Source: Tubiluchus corallicola
Lineage: Eukaryota > Animalia > Priapulida
Assembly: GCA_030141605.1 (NCBI GenBank)
Contig: JAQGDQ010000110.1
Span: 496,001-560,000, forward strand
Length of the DNA: 64,000 nt
Reading direction: 5' to 3'
Shown here: in pieces, positions 1 through 12,263 of the stretch
How the letters are laid out: each line of letters starts with the position of its first letter
Position numbering within the stretch: the stretch's first letter is position 1
Made by a program: the position numbers and the translations under genes
Notes under the pieces: generated by a model
Database searches by the model: none
What the model was told of the DNA's origin: nothing
What the model saw: only the letters and a program-made list of their open reading frames with translations

Positions 1-279
1 TTGTTAATGATTGTTTTTATGCAAACCCAATCTTATATTTTAGTGATACAGTTAAAACACAGCACAACAAAATGAAATGAAATTCGTTAAAATAAAACAA
101 AAGGTTCCAACGAACGAAATCAGGCCTCAAGTGCTAAAATTTAATTACAGGTTACCCGTTAACTTGACTTAAGTATGATTTAAGCTAACTTGACTTGAGT
201 CTGTACAAAATAATAATTACACGAAGCATAACACATAAAGCAGCGCACATATTATACTTATTAGCTTTACTTGTATCAG

Positions 280-649
280 CAGGACTGGATGTTAACCTTT
301 TGGGGGCCCCAGGCTAATGAAATTAAGGGCCCCATCGGGCGAAGCCACCCTCTCATTCGCCCGCACCTGCCTTGAATTATTTTTACTTGTTTATCTCAAA
401 TAAGGAGCCACAAACAAGGGCCAGTTTTTAAAAACTGGGTTTTCAGATTCCCGGGCCTCCTTTTCAAAGCTGAAATTTTAATTTAAATTAAATGAATTAG
501 TCAGCCATACAAAATATTAAAATATCATAGTCGTTTTTCAAAAAAATAATTTGAAAATCTTACAGGGGAGTCCTTCAGTCTTGGGTCACCCCCGAGCTTG
601 CGGGCCGTACGCAGCAGCCTATACTAACCTATAGGATAATCCAGCCCTG
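280..649. mobile_element. hAT-like non-autonomous element (MITE)
   Basis: Imperfect terminal inverted repeats CAGGACTGGAT...ATCCAGCCCTG with GGGCCC-rich subterminal sequence; no clean 8-bp TSD. Confidence 0.5.
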
Positions 650-3022
650 CTTGCATGACTATTAAAGCGCTGATAGCAATAGTCACTATCAATTTTATAT
701 ACTAAGAAATAAATAATGTTATATTTAGGCCTACGAATATAGCCTTTCTATGCCTCAAATTCAGAACTATTTAAATACATGCAATGATAAACGAAGGGCA
801 AAGAATAGAAACATTGCACCGCTTGAAGCGCTAGTTATTCTACAAGATTAATGACAGACTAATGTTAATGCAACACTCATCTCCTGCTAAAATTGTCTAG
901 ACTATCGTATGAATTAGAGGCAATGAACTCGTTCCAGATTCTAGAACTGTTCCTTGCAGGGGTGAACGCTCCAGATACTACACCTCTCTATAGATTTGCT
1001 TATAACACCCAGCTGGGACAGTAGCCTAACCACCTCTGGACGCCAGCCAACAGCGCAACATTCAGAAACGCTTACTCTGTGAGTTACATGGCTTCACGAG
1101 TGTTTGGCAATGAATCCCTTGTGTTGAGGAAACGCTGCGTCAGCGAAGAAAAGTTCACGAACTCGTTTTTTGTAGGCAAGTGTAAATACAACCCGGTTCC
1201 TAGGCGTTGATGCACCAGTCTTTGAGAATGGCGAATTTGTTTATACGATCGCTGGCAACGGCGCTAAGGATCAGCTGGTAAGCCTTTAAAACTGACATGT
1301 CTGCGCAAATATCGACACGAGCAAATCGTTTAAGAAAACGACGAAAGAGACGGAAAAAACTTTCTACATTGATGTCTTTAGATAGTTACATCTAGCAAAC
1401 TTAATGTGTTGTCGGCTGCTCTTCCAACATAAACAAAAATAGATCGCAAAAGGTTCAAGTGAAATGCACAGCCTAGAAGTTGTGGAGACAATCTCATACT
1501 TCGCTAGACTGGGTGGGCTACCAAATTGCTTTATAGATTTATCTGGCAACTTTTTGATGTGAAAATTAGTTTTTTGTTGAAAAACATGTACAAAAGCAAT
1601 TTGTTAATAGAACAGCGCTGACAAGCCAGATTGATTATTTACAAATGTTCAGGGTAACGTTTTAACAAGCATATGCAGATTAAAATTAAAAATCATGCTA
1701 GGTTTAACATGGTAATCGTCATACTTTCAGACCTTTCAAACCTCCCATCCGGAGAAGCCGAGTGAAATACAACCAGATTCAGAATTCACACAAAGAAACT
1801 AACGGGTTTCTTTGATATCACGTGATTTCTCGGCAAACACATGAAGCCATGCTTGAGTCAGCCAAGCGTGTCCGGGGTGGGTGAACAGGTGGCTATCCCA
1901 GAAGCATAAATCAACACTAATTCACATTGTGTTCCCAAAACTCAGCTGCACACATAGATTAGTAATAGATGTATGAGTAATAAGTTACAGTATAAGTAAC
2001 AAATAAGCTAAATAATCATAAACTAAAAAATAATATTAGCAATACATTTTGGTACATTAGATTCTATAATTATCATAAAGCAGAGTACCAAGTTATTTGC
2101 GACACGGTTGCAAAATTACAGCAAAAAGTTACCACAGTTAAGTAACTAGTATTGTTTGTTTCTTTTTCTAATAAACAAAGTGACATTAATTTGAAATGAG
2201 TTCTAGTTGTCGTTGATCCTTTGGAAAACAGTAATTTTCTTTGGGTTACTAGAAATTGTTTTGTACCTCAAACTGATAAAAGTAAGTTAAATTAATGAAA
2301 ATTACACAGTTAGCTAACGTATCAACATATTAATTTGTCGCTCTGTCTCCGACAATCAAAGCATTCTAACACTACTTCCACCGAAGACTCATATTATATA
2401 ATCGTATAAAACTAGGCATTAAGCATTGTATATAAACACCTCAGTATTTACATAACAAATAATAATTTTATCAGTAATTTCAAACAAATGAAACAGTGTC
2501 CAAATCAAAACATTATAACAGTGTCATTACAATTTAATAATTTAGAGCAGTTCTGTTTATACCCTCTCATCTGCTTCGTCTCATATGAAACGACAAACAA
2601 GCATATTCTAAACATCATATAAAATTACTAATACGCGTATATTAAAAATTTTCTAAGCTTGTAATATCTACAACTCATATATGCAATTAGGCCTACCATG
2701 TGGCCAATGGCCATTTTTATCAGAAACAACTCAATGACCTTCCTTCTCAGGATTGACTGATTGTTATCTGTTTCAGTCAAAGCTCGTACGTTACTGTGTC
2801 AGTCTCAGTCAAACAATCAAAAATAATCACCTTCCAGAAAGACAAACATTGCTTTGCACTTACTTTCTGTTGCTTTAATGAACGTGCAACTAACTTGAAA
2901 GAAAGCCCTATTTCAGATTGCATTAAGACTTGCCAGCACGCCATGCAATCCATGCATCCGTAATTTGATATCATAAGGCAACCATTATTTACATCCATTG
3001 TCAAAGCACAATTTTCTATCAC

Positions 3023-4411
3023 TCAGCAAAACTCGAACAATAAGTAACTTTTCCACAGTTCAGGAAATGGCAAACTTTCCACAAATTTAGGATAATCTTC
3101 GCCTAGGTTTTCTCTAAGTTGTAACCTGGCCTGGTGTTGTAGTGGGAATGGGTTTATGGCAATGGGAAGCAGAAACTCTCTCACTTCATCTGGTAGCATC
3201 AAAGATTTCTCTATGTTCTGAATCTCGAAGCACTCACTGCAATATGCCAGAAGTTCCAGCAGGTCTGTGTCACCATTTTCTGGAATGCTGTGCTGTAATG
3301 AGCGAAGCACTCCATGTGGATCGGTAGTGGGAAGACTGAAGAGAACTCTTGCACCATACTGTAACAGCAGAGAAATGACTCTCCTGTTATAAGCTTCATT
3401 GCTGTTAAGGTATTCTACTAGAGGACTCTTCAGCATGGCACCATTGCTGTAGCGATGCACTTTGTTGACATCAGCACCTTTTTCGAGAAGGAATTTGAGT
3501 AGCTGACTTTGGTTTTTCATGGGACAAGACAACACAACATGTAGAGGAGACCCAATGGGTGTGCTGAAGGAGTTCACGTTTGCACCTGAGCTCACCAACA
3601 GCTGAACCATTTCAAAATCACCGGTTAGTATTGCAACGTCAAGGGGACTCGGCCCCTCATATTCATCGTCCATATTCACAAATGCATCTTGCTGTATGAG
3701 AAATTTTACAGCAGGAATATTCTCACCCATCACAGCATAGTGTAACACAGTGCGGTAATCTTGTCTGGCCGTAGCCTGGGCATTGACATTGCTGCCATAA
3801 GACACAAGGAGTTTTACTGTTTCCATACAATCCCTGTACTTGCAAGCTTTCATCAGTGGAGTTAGTCCACTTCTGTCATAAGAATCTGGATCAGCTCCGT
3901 ACCTCAGTAACAACTCTATAAATGCGTGGTCCTCAGGATGGATCATGTTGATTTCACCACCTAGGAAATATCTGGCGTTTGGATTTGCGCCATGTTGAAG
4001 CAGGAATTCTGCACAGTCATAATGTGCATTTTTGATGGCCAGTCTAAGAGGTTCCTCCATGTCTTCAGCCGGAAACATTTCTTTTGGATTTTGATCAGAA
4101 CAGCATACCTTCGCGTCAAACTCTAGCAGAACCTTGATGATGTCAATGTAGCCCCTTTCTGCACAAAGATGCATGGCACTGTAGCCACCGCTATCAGTAG
4201 TGTTGACGTCGCAGCCACGGACTAACAGTAATCGAACTGCTTCGCTGTACTGCTCGTACACTGCATAGTGAAGTGGCTTCAATCCATGTGCAACGGGTTC
4301 ATCCACTTTCGATCCAGAAGCTAAAAGGATGCGGAGGTCATCTACGGAGTCGTGACGCATGATTCCATTGGCCAATTTTCTTTGGAAGTCTGTTATTTCG
4401 TGTCTGCCCAT
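3023..4411 (-). CDS. Ankyrin repeat and SOCS box protein (ASB-type Cullin5-ElonginBC substrate adaptor), single coding exon
   Basis: Multiple ankyrin repeats (GLKPLHYAV, GYSAMHLCA, GLTPLMKAC, RTVLHYAV, SPLDVAI, SPLHVVL) and a C-terminal SOCS box PFPLQHQARLQLR...LPFPELWKSYLLF. Likely start is the ATG at 4411, 1 nt after the acceptor ttttag (AG at 4414-4413); the longer ORF start at 4441 is probably intronic. Confidence 0.9.
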   Translation of the reverse strand: MGRHEITDFQRKLANGIMRHDSVDDLRILLASGSKVDEPVAHGLKPLHYAVYEQYSEAVRLLLVRGCDVNTTDSGGYSAMHLCAERGYIDIIKVLLEFDAKVCCSDQNPKEMFPAEDMEEPLRLAIKNAHYDCAEFLLQHGANPNARYFLGGEINMIHPEDHAFIELLLRYGADPDSYDRSGLTPLMKACKYRDCMETVKLLVSYGSNVNAQATARQDYRTVLHYAVMGENIPAVKFLIQQDAFVNMDDEYEGPSPLDVAILTGDFEMVQLLVSSGANVNSFSTPIGSPLHVVLSCPMKNQSQLLKFLLEKGADVNKVHRYSNGAMLKSPLVEYLNSNEAYNRRVISLLLQYGARVLFSLPTTDPHGVLRSLQHSIPENGDTDLLELLAYCSECFEIQNIEKSLMLPDEVREFLLPIAINPFPLQHQARLQLRENLGEDYPKFVESLPFPELWKSYLLFEFC

Positions 4412-5316
4412 TCTAAAAGTCACAATAAAATATGCTTTCAAAATAAGAACACAACCTGTAGCAAATCAATGATGCAAATAAAATGTTTTATGAATAGCAA
4501 AAATTTAACATTTTCCATATTCCTAGTGAAGTGAAAAAACTGGTCCTAGCCAGGATGCACAAATACAAGATCATTATAACATCTAAGGTCTCTAAACTGC
4601 ACATTACTTCTTTTCACCACGACATCGCTTAACCCTTACTTGGTAATTGGCAACCTCTTCGTATTGATTTACACACTTAAATTGAACATTATGTACACAA
4701 AGAGTTAAAAATGTTTTGCTTTACATTTTTACGGCAGCAACTTAACTACATTTGCATAGCATGCCAAGTGCTTCAGTAAAATGGACAATGGCTCTCCTGA
4801 ATTACTGTAATACTTACCCTAATCATTGTGCCTATTGATTGAGTGATGTTGTGCCCATCATACCAACCAATTAAATAATAATTTAACCAAATCGTATTGT
4901 TCACAAATGTGATTGTTTAAAAGAACGGAACAACAGAAGACTTATATCAGTTTTAAAGCTGCAAAATTATAGCCTACGTTTAAGCTAGCCAGATGTGTAG
5001 AAATTTTCGCATATTGGACAAACATAAATGTATATAAATTATTATAGTGTTTCAACTAGACTTAGATTTAATAGAGCGATAAGTTTGTGCATTGGTCTAC
5101 AATTCTGAGATCGTACATTTAGCACCAGTTTGTTTTTATCGCTATTATGAGCTAATTACTGTTAGGTTATTAAGATATATACATATATAAGATATGTACG
5201 TCGAAACATGCTTTTTTGCAGAAAAAAATATCCTAGAGCTCTTTTTTTAGTTTGAATTATCAGTCTTTTTCATTTAGAACTAATCTAATGAAATTGATAA
5301 AAATTATCAGTCCTAC

Positions 5317-5450
5317 CTTATAGTAGAGGTGAATCGTCAAATTCATTAACAAAAAACTAGTTATCACAGTTAGAAACTTTTACATGAAGAAATCTCACAA
5401 GAGGAACTTCTTCTGGCTTTTTGTTAATCTTGATTTTGGTTTTTTGATTT
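5317..5450 (-). other. Predicted 5'UTR exon of the ASB gene
   Basis: Donor AAG|gtagga at 5317/5316; TATATAAA on the minus strand at 5480-5473 implies a TSS near 5450. Confidence 0.5.
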
Positions 5451-5472
5451 TAAAGACGCGCACGTTTCTTTA

Positions 5473-5645
5473 TTTATATACGAGCTGCGCAGACTTTAAT
5501 TTAGTCACGTGACTTTACCACGTGCTTCATGACCGCCACGTCATGTTTAATAAGCTAGTCATATGTTGCCGTAACCTTGTGTTTGGGTTCTCCCAGCTGG
5601 TCGATCACATCCTCCCGCAGAATGAAGCCATGCGCATCACGTGAT
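5473..5645 (-). promoter_or_regulatory. ASB promoter: TATA box plus E-box/CLEAR and UPRE-like motifs
   Basis: TATATAAA 5480-5473; AGTCACGTGACT palindrome 5503-5514; CACGTG 5519-5524; CCACGTCA (TGACGTGG on minus) 5536-5543; ATCACGTGAT 5636-5645; local CpG enrichment. Confidence 0.6.
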
Positions 5646-6369
5646 TGCTCCCAGGAATCAACAGATTTCTCGAAGCATGAGAAAACGAAGCCAGTTTTAG
5701 ACGAAAATATTTTTTGTTGCCTTTGTTTGCGTTGTTGCTGGAATGAACCTACATTTTTACAATTTCTTGAAAGTTATCAACCTCCACGTAGGTCCATACA
5801 TTCAAACACGTTTACGTTGGCTTAACAATAAAGTACGCCATTGGTGCCACTTGTAAATTGCGGGAAAGGGGAAGCTCTAAGTTTAATAATAAGGGTAGGC
5901 ATTTTTGCATATAACTCAATGTGCTTGAATTATAAGCTTCTCTTTCTTGCCACTAGCTGCAGCACATGCAAGTTATGATCTCTGTAACGGTTGTGACACT
6001 ATGATTATAACGTATACTTTCTCTTTAATTATTCATATTCTTAATTTTAGGGATTGTTACTAATGAACGGAACAAGCCCACAATAACTATTGAATTTGGA
6101 AACTAAATTTGCTCGAAAGAAAGAAACTATGAAAAAGTGACACAGCTTCCATTTTATCTTTCGGTTACAAGGCGAGCGTCATGATTACCTACAGCCCAGT
6201 GATCATGGCAGGTATATAATCCATTCATGCCTTATAACTGGACAATCAATTCAACATGTACTAGGCTAGTTATCTCAATCTAGAGCAATTACTAAGTAAT
6301 TAGATTAATTTTTTGCAATTATTTTACTATCTGGAATAATCAGTGGTACAGGACTAATTATAACCTACA

Positions 6370-7108
6370 CAGGGTGTCTCATAAGTGTCATACACTTTAC
6401 ATTGCCTATATTTTTACATTCTAAAGCAAAATGTTTGACTAAAGCAAAAAAGCAAAGTACAAATAAACAAAAATGTTTGGCAATTTCTTTAGTCAAATTA
6501 GACAATAATCTGAAAACTACAGTAACTGTACTGATATACTTCTCTACCTTCTTGAAAGCACTTTACCTGCTAATGATTAACACTTGCATTTTCAAAATTA
6601 GCATTGTTTGCACAGCAACTTACAGTACTCTAATTGTTATTTCAAGACATGAAGGAACTTGGTCTTTTTGCAAAAATTTTTGCCTGACACAGCCTTGTGA
6701 AATTTACAGAACGTCAAACTTGTAAAGTCGCAAACTTGCATTTGCAAAAGCCTCAGTTGCCAATCCAATGGACGTCAGGCGTATTTTGCATTGAGAAAGT
6801 TCCCAATAGTTCATAATCAGTGAATAAATGTTGAAAAACTACGTATTTAATAGTGAGAGATTAGTGTGGTCTACATGGCGCTCAATTTCCGCTGGAGGTC
6901 ATTATTTTGGTGACCGAAGTGAATCTTGCCAGATTGAGATTTTGCACTTCAATTCTAATGTTACTGCCATCGCCATAGCAATGAGGTTTCAGTCAATAAT
7001 TAAACAAAAAGAAGTCCCCTTTTGATTTATGTAAGGGCTTGCCGAGATTGGAGAAAAATGTAAAGAAAAATAGACACCAAAATGTATAGTGACTTTTGAG
7101 ACACCTTA
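6370..7108. mobile_element. Tc1/mariner-like non-autonomous element
   Basis: About 25-bp imperfect TIRs CAGGGTGTCTCATAAGTGTCATACA / TGTATAGTGACTTTTGAGACACCTTA, with TA at the right end. Confidence 0.55.
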
Positions 7109-7962
7109 TATTAACATAATACGAAATAGCTGTATAATTTGCAGTACAAAAACAAATTACTTCATGACATCGGACGAGATACAGAATCCCATGTAAGAAT
7201 AATTGGAAAATACAATTTTGTCACTGTGTCACGGGCTTTTGAGCTTTGTACATGTATTAGAAACAGACAACATTCAGCTTTATTTTGAATAAAAACAATA
7301 ACTACCACTGCAAGGCTGTAATTATTCATAATAATTTATTATTTTATAATAGTTTATGAAGCAGGCAATATAGTTCTGTCACTTCAAAAAAGGTAATAGA
7401 ATTAATAATTTACAAAATCACATCTAACAGCGCACCACTTACAATAGCTAACCTAAGTGACTAATACTGGGTAGGAAACTTGTAGAAGTGCAAGGCTTCC
7501 CAGAGGCTTCAACCACATACAAAGACTGCAATTATTATAGGGATAATAATATGCTGCCATCTACAGTCAGTTTTACTAAATTACATTAGTTTAATATTCA
7601 CGAGTACAACAAAAACTGAGTATACAAACTTTTAAAGCCTCATTTTATAAATATAAAATAATTATGACATGTGACTTTAGCCAAACTAGCTTCTCTCGGG
7701 TATTTAAAAGCTCGTCATACTTTATAACAATGCTGATATGCGCAAACATATAATAATTAAGTAAGTCATTTAGTATTACTGCAAATTCACAAGTTCACAT
7801 AACTCAATATTACAGTCACTCACTGCAGTTCACGTAGTTTGTACAATTAAAACTATGACATCATTCCACAGACAATAAGCACCTAAAATCTGTACAGAAA
7901 TAAAATCACAACTGATGTCATTATAGGAGCTTACTACATAATGTTAACTAATAACGATTAAT

Positions 7963-10548
7963 TCACAAGTACTTCTCAATAATTAACCACTTTTCCTTTG
8001 TTTCTTCTACTTCCTTGTTCAAAAAGGGATTTCTCACTCGTATCTTCGCTTCTAGTTGACCTCCAATCTTTTTCTTTCCATCCATCAAGTCGTAGCAATT
8101 GTGTATGGTACACACCCTTTCCAATGGTGCCAATGGTACCTTGACGGTCCCGATTAAGTTATCACTTCTCAAGAAGCCTCCTTTTGCATATATTTCTAAT
8201 CTTATATGTTGTCTTTTAACAATACGAAGAAAAGCTCTGGACTTACGACTGATTTCCATTTTCATTTTACAGTCATAATCTGGATTGCTAGTTTCTTTCA
8301 CAGTATGGGTTTTTCCACGCTGGGGACTGTCGGATGGGTATGGAAATTCCCATCTAATATAGGTGTCTAAGTCCTTTGGGTCAGAACAACTGTAACTAAT
8401 TCCACGAATGATTGTCAGTTCCAAATCATCATCCCCGAGGTCTTTGCAAGCTCGGATAACAGACATCATCCTTGTATCATAGTGAAACTTAGGCACTGGA
8501 TCACCATGCTTAAATGCATACTTAAGTGCATCCAAGTCTTTTCGACAATTTTCAGCCATCTTGTCATACTTTCCTGCTGCAGCCACTTCTCCCGATTCCA
8601 CACAGTGTTGACTGTTTGCTGTACAAACCTTCAGCTGATGAACTAGATCATGTTCTAGTTTCTTGTACATTTCTTCCCTATCTCCTCCTTGTCCACTAGT
8701 ATGAATAGTTTCTTGCACAGTGGCAGACTTAAGTTGTGGTGGTGACGGAACTTTAGTAATGTCAACTGGTAGGCCATTTCTACAGGCATCCATCATAGGC
8801 TCAAATCCTTTCATCTTACGAATGTATTCTTTTGCTTGCATGATGTCACCACGCTTCTTTGCATCAAGAGCAGCTTCCTTGAATAACTGATGCCGTTCTA
8901 CTAAAAACTTCATCTGTTGTTCTTGTTTACTAAGACTCTTCCTCTTTACCAGCTCGGGTTTTCCAGGTGATGCAGAAGATCCGTGTTTACCTGTTTCCAC
9001 CGAAAGTCGAATGGGGGTGGTCTGACGTGGTGCAGGTTTTGGCACAGGACTTTTGTGAGGTTCATTCATTCGCTTCAAACTCGATGCAGAACTGGCACTA
9101 TGGAGACTACTTGAAGATGGCTTACGAGACGGCTCGGCCAAAGTATCAGTGGGAATTGGAGCAAACCCAGGTGGTACAGGTAGTTCTTCAAAGTTTAATG
9201 GTTTCCCTGCAGTGTAATCTTTAATGGCCTTTTGATACTGCTTGACTATTCGCCCCATTCTTCTAGCCTTACTAGCATTGCCTTCTGCACTGGCTTGTGT
9301 ATGGCTATTTATGTACTTGTCAAGTCGCTGTTGCAAAGCATCCGCCACTGATGATGGTGCATCAGGAGCATGAAAAAGTGCCTTTTCATCTTTTTCATCT
9401 GTAGGATAATCGGGAAGCGGTTCTTCTATTACTGGGTTAGTAGTTCCTTGTGACCGTTCTTTTATAACTGGGGAATCCACCTTAACTTCACCTGTTTGTT
9501 TTGTTTGAGAATCCAACTTTGGAGGTGGAGGCATTCCACTCAAATCTACAGGATTTCCAGCAACTGCAGCTTGGATAACAGCATCAAACTGTTTTACAGT
9601 TTTTAAGCACTGCACTGCCATACCTCTGTCACCATTGTTTTTAGCCTGCAAAGCTGCCAGTTTATACTGATCTCTTCTTGTTTTCAACAAAGTTAAATCT
9701 GGGTGGGAGTTGTCCACTTGTGAACTGGATGGGTCGGGTGTAACTGGTTCAGCAGGTATAGAAATCATCTGTTCAGTAGTATCTACTTTTGCACCTGCCT
9801 TTTCATCATAATCTCGCACAATTTTCTTTGCATCACCAGGAAGAGCCACTTCAGGTGGAATATCACTTTCATCAATTTCTTTCCCTGCTATAGCTGCTTT
9901 CAAAAGTGTGTCAATTGTTTTAGATCCCCGTTGAAATCTTCTTGCTTTACTAGTGTCTCCGGCACTTTCTGCTTGTGCAACTGCTTTTGCATAAAGTTTC
10001 TGTCGGCTGTTTAGCAATGAAACAATGCTGTTTCTTTCTGAATTTGCAGTATTATTGTTGGTAGATGGAGGTGGGGGAGCAACTCGTGAGGGTGGTATGT
10101 ACTCAGGGGCAGGTGGAACATGAGACTGACTAGAACTTCTGGGAGCGGGCACGGGCTGAATCGGAGCAGGCAGCTGTGCTGTAACAGGCGCATCAATTCC
10201 TTTTGATTGGAAAATTTGTGCCTGGTTTGAGCCATCTTCCAACTCCATCAATTCAGCAAGTAGAGCTGGATCATCATCATCACCACTTAGTTCTTCATCG
10301 GGTATATCAGCACCCAAAGCCTCAATATCGCCTAGATCCAGCAGTAATGATTTATGGGGCTTATGTTTGGGTTTGGTATACTGCTGACCAGCAGTCAGGG
10401 CAGCCAGCTCAGCCTCCAAATCAGCATCATCATCATCGGCGTCATCACCATAAAGCTCATTTATGTCGGATACGTCTGGTATATCCATGAGACCAAACTG
10501 ATGCAAATGCTGATATGATCGCTTTCCCTGCTTTTGTTTTGAATCCAT
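7963..10548 (-). CDS. CC2D1: Coiled-coil and C2 domain-containing protein 1 (CC2D1A/B; lethal(2) giant discs ortholog), 861 aa, single coding exon
   Basis: Acidic N-terminus (DLEAELAAL, DPALLAELMEL), four DM14 repeats (e.g. LQQRLDKY...SKARRMGRIVKQYQKAI...ELPVPPGF) and a C-terminal C2 domain (DLDTYIRWEFPYP...GGQLEAKIRVRNP). Acceptor at 10578-10577 lies 28 nt before the ATG; candidate 5'UTR donor TAG|gttagt at 12040/12039. Confidence 0.95.
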   Translation of the reverse strand: MDSKQKQGKRSYQHLHQFGLMDIPDVSDINELYGDDADDDDADLEAELAALTAGQQYTKPKHKPHKSLLLDLGDIEALGADIPDEELSGDDDDPALLAELMELEDGSNQAQIFQSKGIDAPVTAQLPAPIQPVPAPRSSSQSHVPPAPEYIPPSRVAPPPPSTNNNTANSERNSIVSLLNSRQKLYAKAVAQAESAGDTSKARRFQRGSKTIDTLLKAAIAGKEIDESDIPPEVALPGDAKKIVRDYDEKAGAKVDTTEQMISIPAEPVTPDPSSSQVDNSHPDLTLLKTRRDQYKLAALQAKNNGDRGMAVQCLKTVKQFDAVIQAAVAGNPVDLSGMPPPPKLDSQTKQTGEVKVDSPVIKERSQGTTNPVIEEPLPDYPTDEKDEKALFHAPDAPSSVADALQQRLDKYINSHTQASAEGNASKARRMGRIVKQYQKAIKDYTAGKPLNFEELPVPPGFAPIPTDTLAEPSRKPSSSSLHSASSASSLKRMNEPHKSPVPKPAPRQTTPIRLSVETGKHGSSASPGKPELVKRKSLSKQEQQMKFLVERHQLFKEAALDAKKRGDIMQAKEYIRKMKGFEPMMDACRNGLPVDITKVPSPPQLKSATVQETIHTSGQGGDREEMYKKLEHDLVHQLKVCTANSQHCVESGEVAAAGKYDKMAENCRKDLDALKYAFKHGDPVPKFHYDTRMMSVIRACKDLGDDDLELTIIRGISYSCSDPKDLDTYIRWEFPYPSDSPQRGKTHTVKETSNPDYDCKMKMEISRKSRAFLRIVKRQHIRLEIYAKGGFLRSDNLIGTVKVPLAPLERVCTIHNCYDLMDGKKKIGGQLEAKIRVRNPFLNKEVEETKEKWLIIEKYL

Positions 10549-10899
10549 TTTTAATTTTTTCCAGATTTTTTATTTTCTGAAAGAAAAGAAGTATTTCAAA
10601 GTAAAAGTTATAAATTACTTTCCAACATGTAATCAATTCTAAGCTCTAAATCAATGTAACTAACTCTAAATCAAAAAGCTAAAGAAAGATACATTGAAGA
10701 TGTACGAAATGTATGTAAATAGTTTAGATTTTCTCAAAAAGTTGGACATACAAATGCTAAATGCAAATACTGTAGACATCATTATAATTAATAACTTATA
10801 AATGACGCAAACATTTAAATCACAACTGTTTATTCCAAAATTAAACCACATAATATCCAAACAAATTAGCTCTAATTGATGAATAGTTTGAATGAAAAT

Positions 10900-11436
10900 T
10901 ACATTATCCTTGATGACAGTCTGAGAAATTCAGAACCTGTCATACAATGCTGTGGGCTCTTGCAGGAAGACCTGTTGAGCCCTTTACTGTTCATAATGTT
11001 TATTGCATATTGTTTATTGACTCAACACATACATATCTACAGAATTAGAAGCTCACAGCCTAGCTGCTCATTCATTATTGTATGGTGATGATTTGGTAAT
11101 ATACGCCACTTCCCATATTGCTTTGCAGGCCGCAATCAATGACCTTGAAAAATGGGCCATAAAATGTCAGTCAATGAGCAAAAATCCAAAATTAGTGAAA
11201 TTCAAAAATGGTGGCCGATTTTCACAGAAAGTAATTTTATTTAACAAGGTAAAAACTTAGAAATTGTATCATCCTTTGATTATCTAGGCATAACTTTGCA
11301 ACCTTCTGTTGTGAATACAATCCATTGAGAAAGAATTGCCAGAAAATGTGTAAGAGTGACACACACCCTAAAATGAGTGCATATACTGTCTGCAAAAACT
11401 GCACTACGTCTGTTTAATATTACGATATTACCTATT
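10900..11436 (+). mobile_element. Decayed non-LTR retrotransposon (LINE) reverse transcriptase fragment in the predicted CC2D1 5'UTR intron
   Basis: Frameshifted RT motifs GLLQEDLLSPLLF, LYGDDLVIY, LQAAINDLEKWA, FDYLGITLQ, TALRLFN. Confidence 0.75.
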
Positions 11437-12263
11437 TTAACTTATATGTCTATGTTTTATAGCACTGAGTCTTTGGGACGACATGCCATCTGCAAATTTT
11501 TTGAAACTTGACTCGATTTGGGAAGGTTTGGAGTGGGAATGAGGTAGAACGTTGGCAGTGGGACTGATATAGGAAGATTGTACGGTGTGAGGAGAACCAC
11601 CAAAACTGCAAGTGCGCTTTGTAATTACCAAAGACGAGGAAATGGTAAAGAAGCCACGACTAAGTGAATTATCTATATAGAGTGATCTACGTTTAATGCA
11701 GCTGCTGTGTTTGTTCACCAATTTTGGTGAAGAGGATCGAGCGTATCTGTGGTATTCACGGTAAATGATAATGCCTCTGGAAAATGATCGGAATTTAAGA
11801 TAAATTAAAGAGCTTTACATAAATTGGCACCATAATATCAGCTGTATGTTTTAGATATTCATTAAGAACTTTATCCGACTCGAAAGCTAGTAGTAGTACT
11901 AGTACTTAATACTATTACTATTAAGTATTAGTAATAGTAGTACTAGTGGAGAGGAAAATTGCGAGACAAAAAAAAACAAAATTTGAAGATGAAAAAGTAT
12001 TAAATGTGGATTTCGAAACATTGCTTGAAAAATACTAACCTATAAAGATATTTTTATAAAACTACACATAAAGTATAATCATTATAAGAATATGACAAGC
12101 AATTTTCATGACGAAATTGCTGAACTAAATCATTGACCTAAATAAACAAGTAGGGAAATCTTTTACTGCGAATACAGGCTATCGGCACCGGTAAGAAACG
12201 CACTCATGACGCCCTGGCGCCGAGGTGATGCTGTTTGATATAAAACTTCTGATGGGTAGGGTA

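Noticed and set aside
900-1550. GC-richer, coding-like stretch with a donor-like CTG|gtaagc near 1277
   Set aside because: Stops in the frames I examined and no recognisable protein; most likely a decayed retroelement, but I cannot support a family call.
11437-11760. 94-aa minus-strand ORF abutting the LINE fragment
   Set aside because: No clear domain; probably TE debris. An inverted-LINE interpretation could not be supported.
11888-11948. AGT/ACT microsatellite forming a short palindrome
   Set aside because: Low-complexity sequence; self-complementarity is expected.
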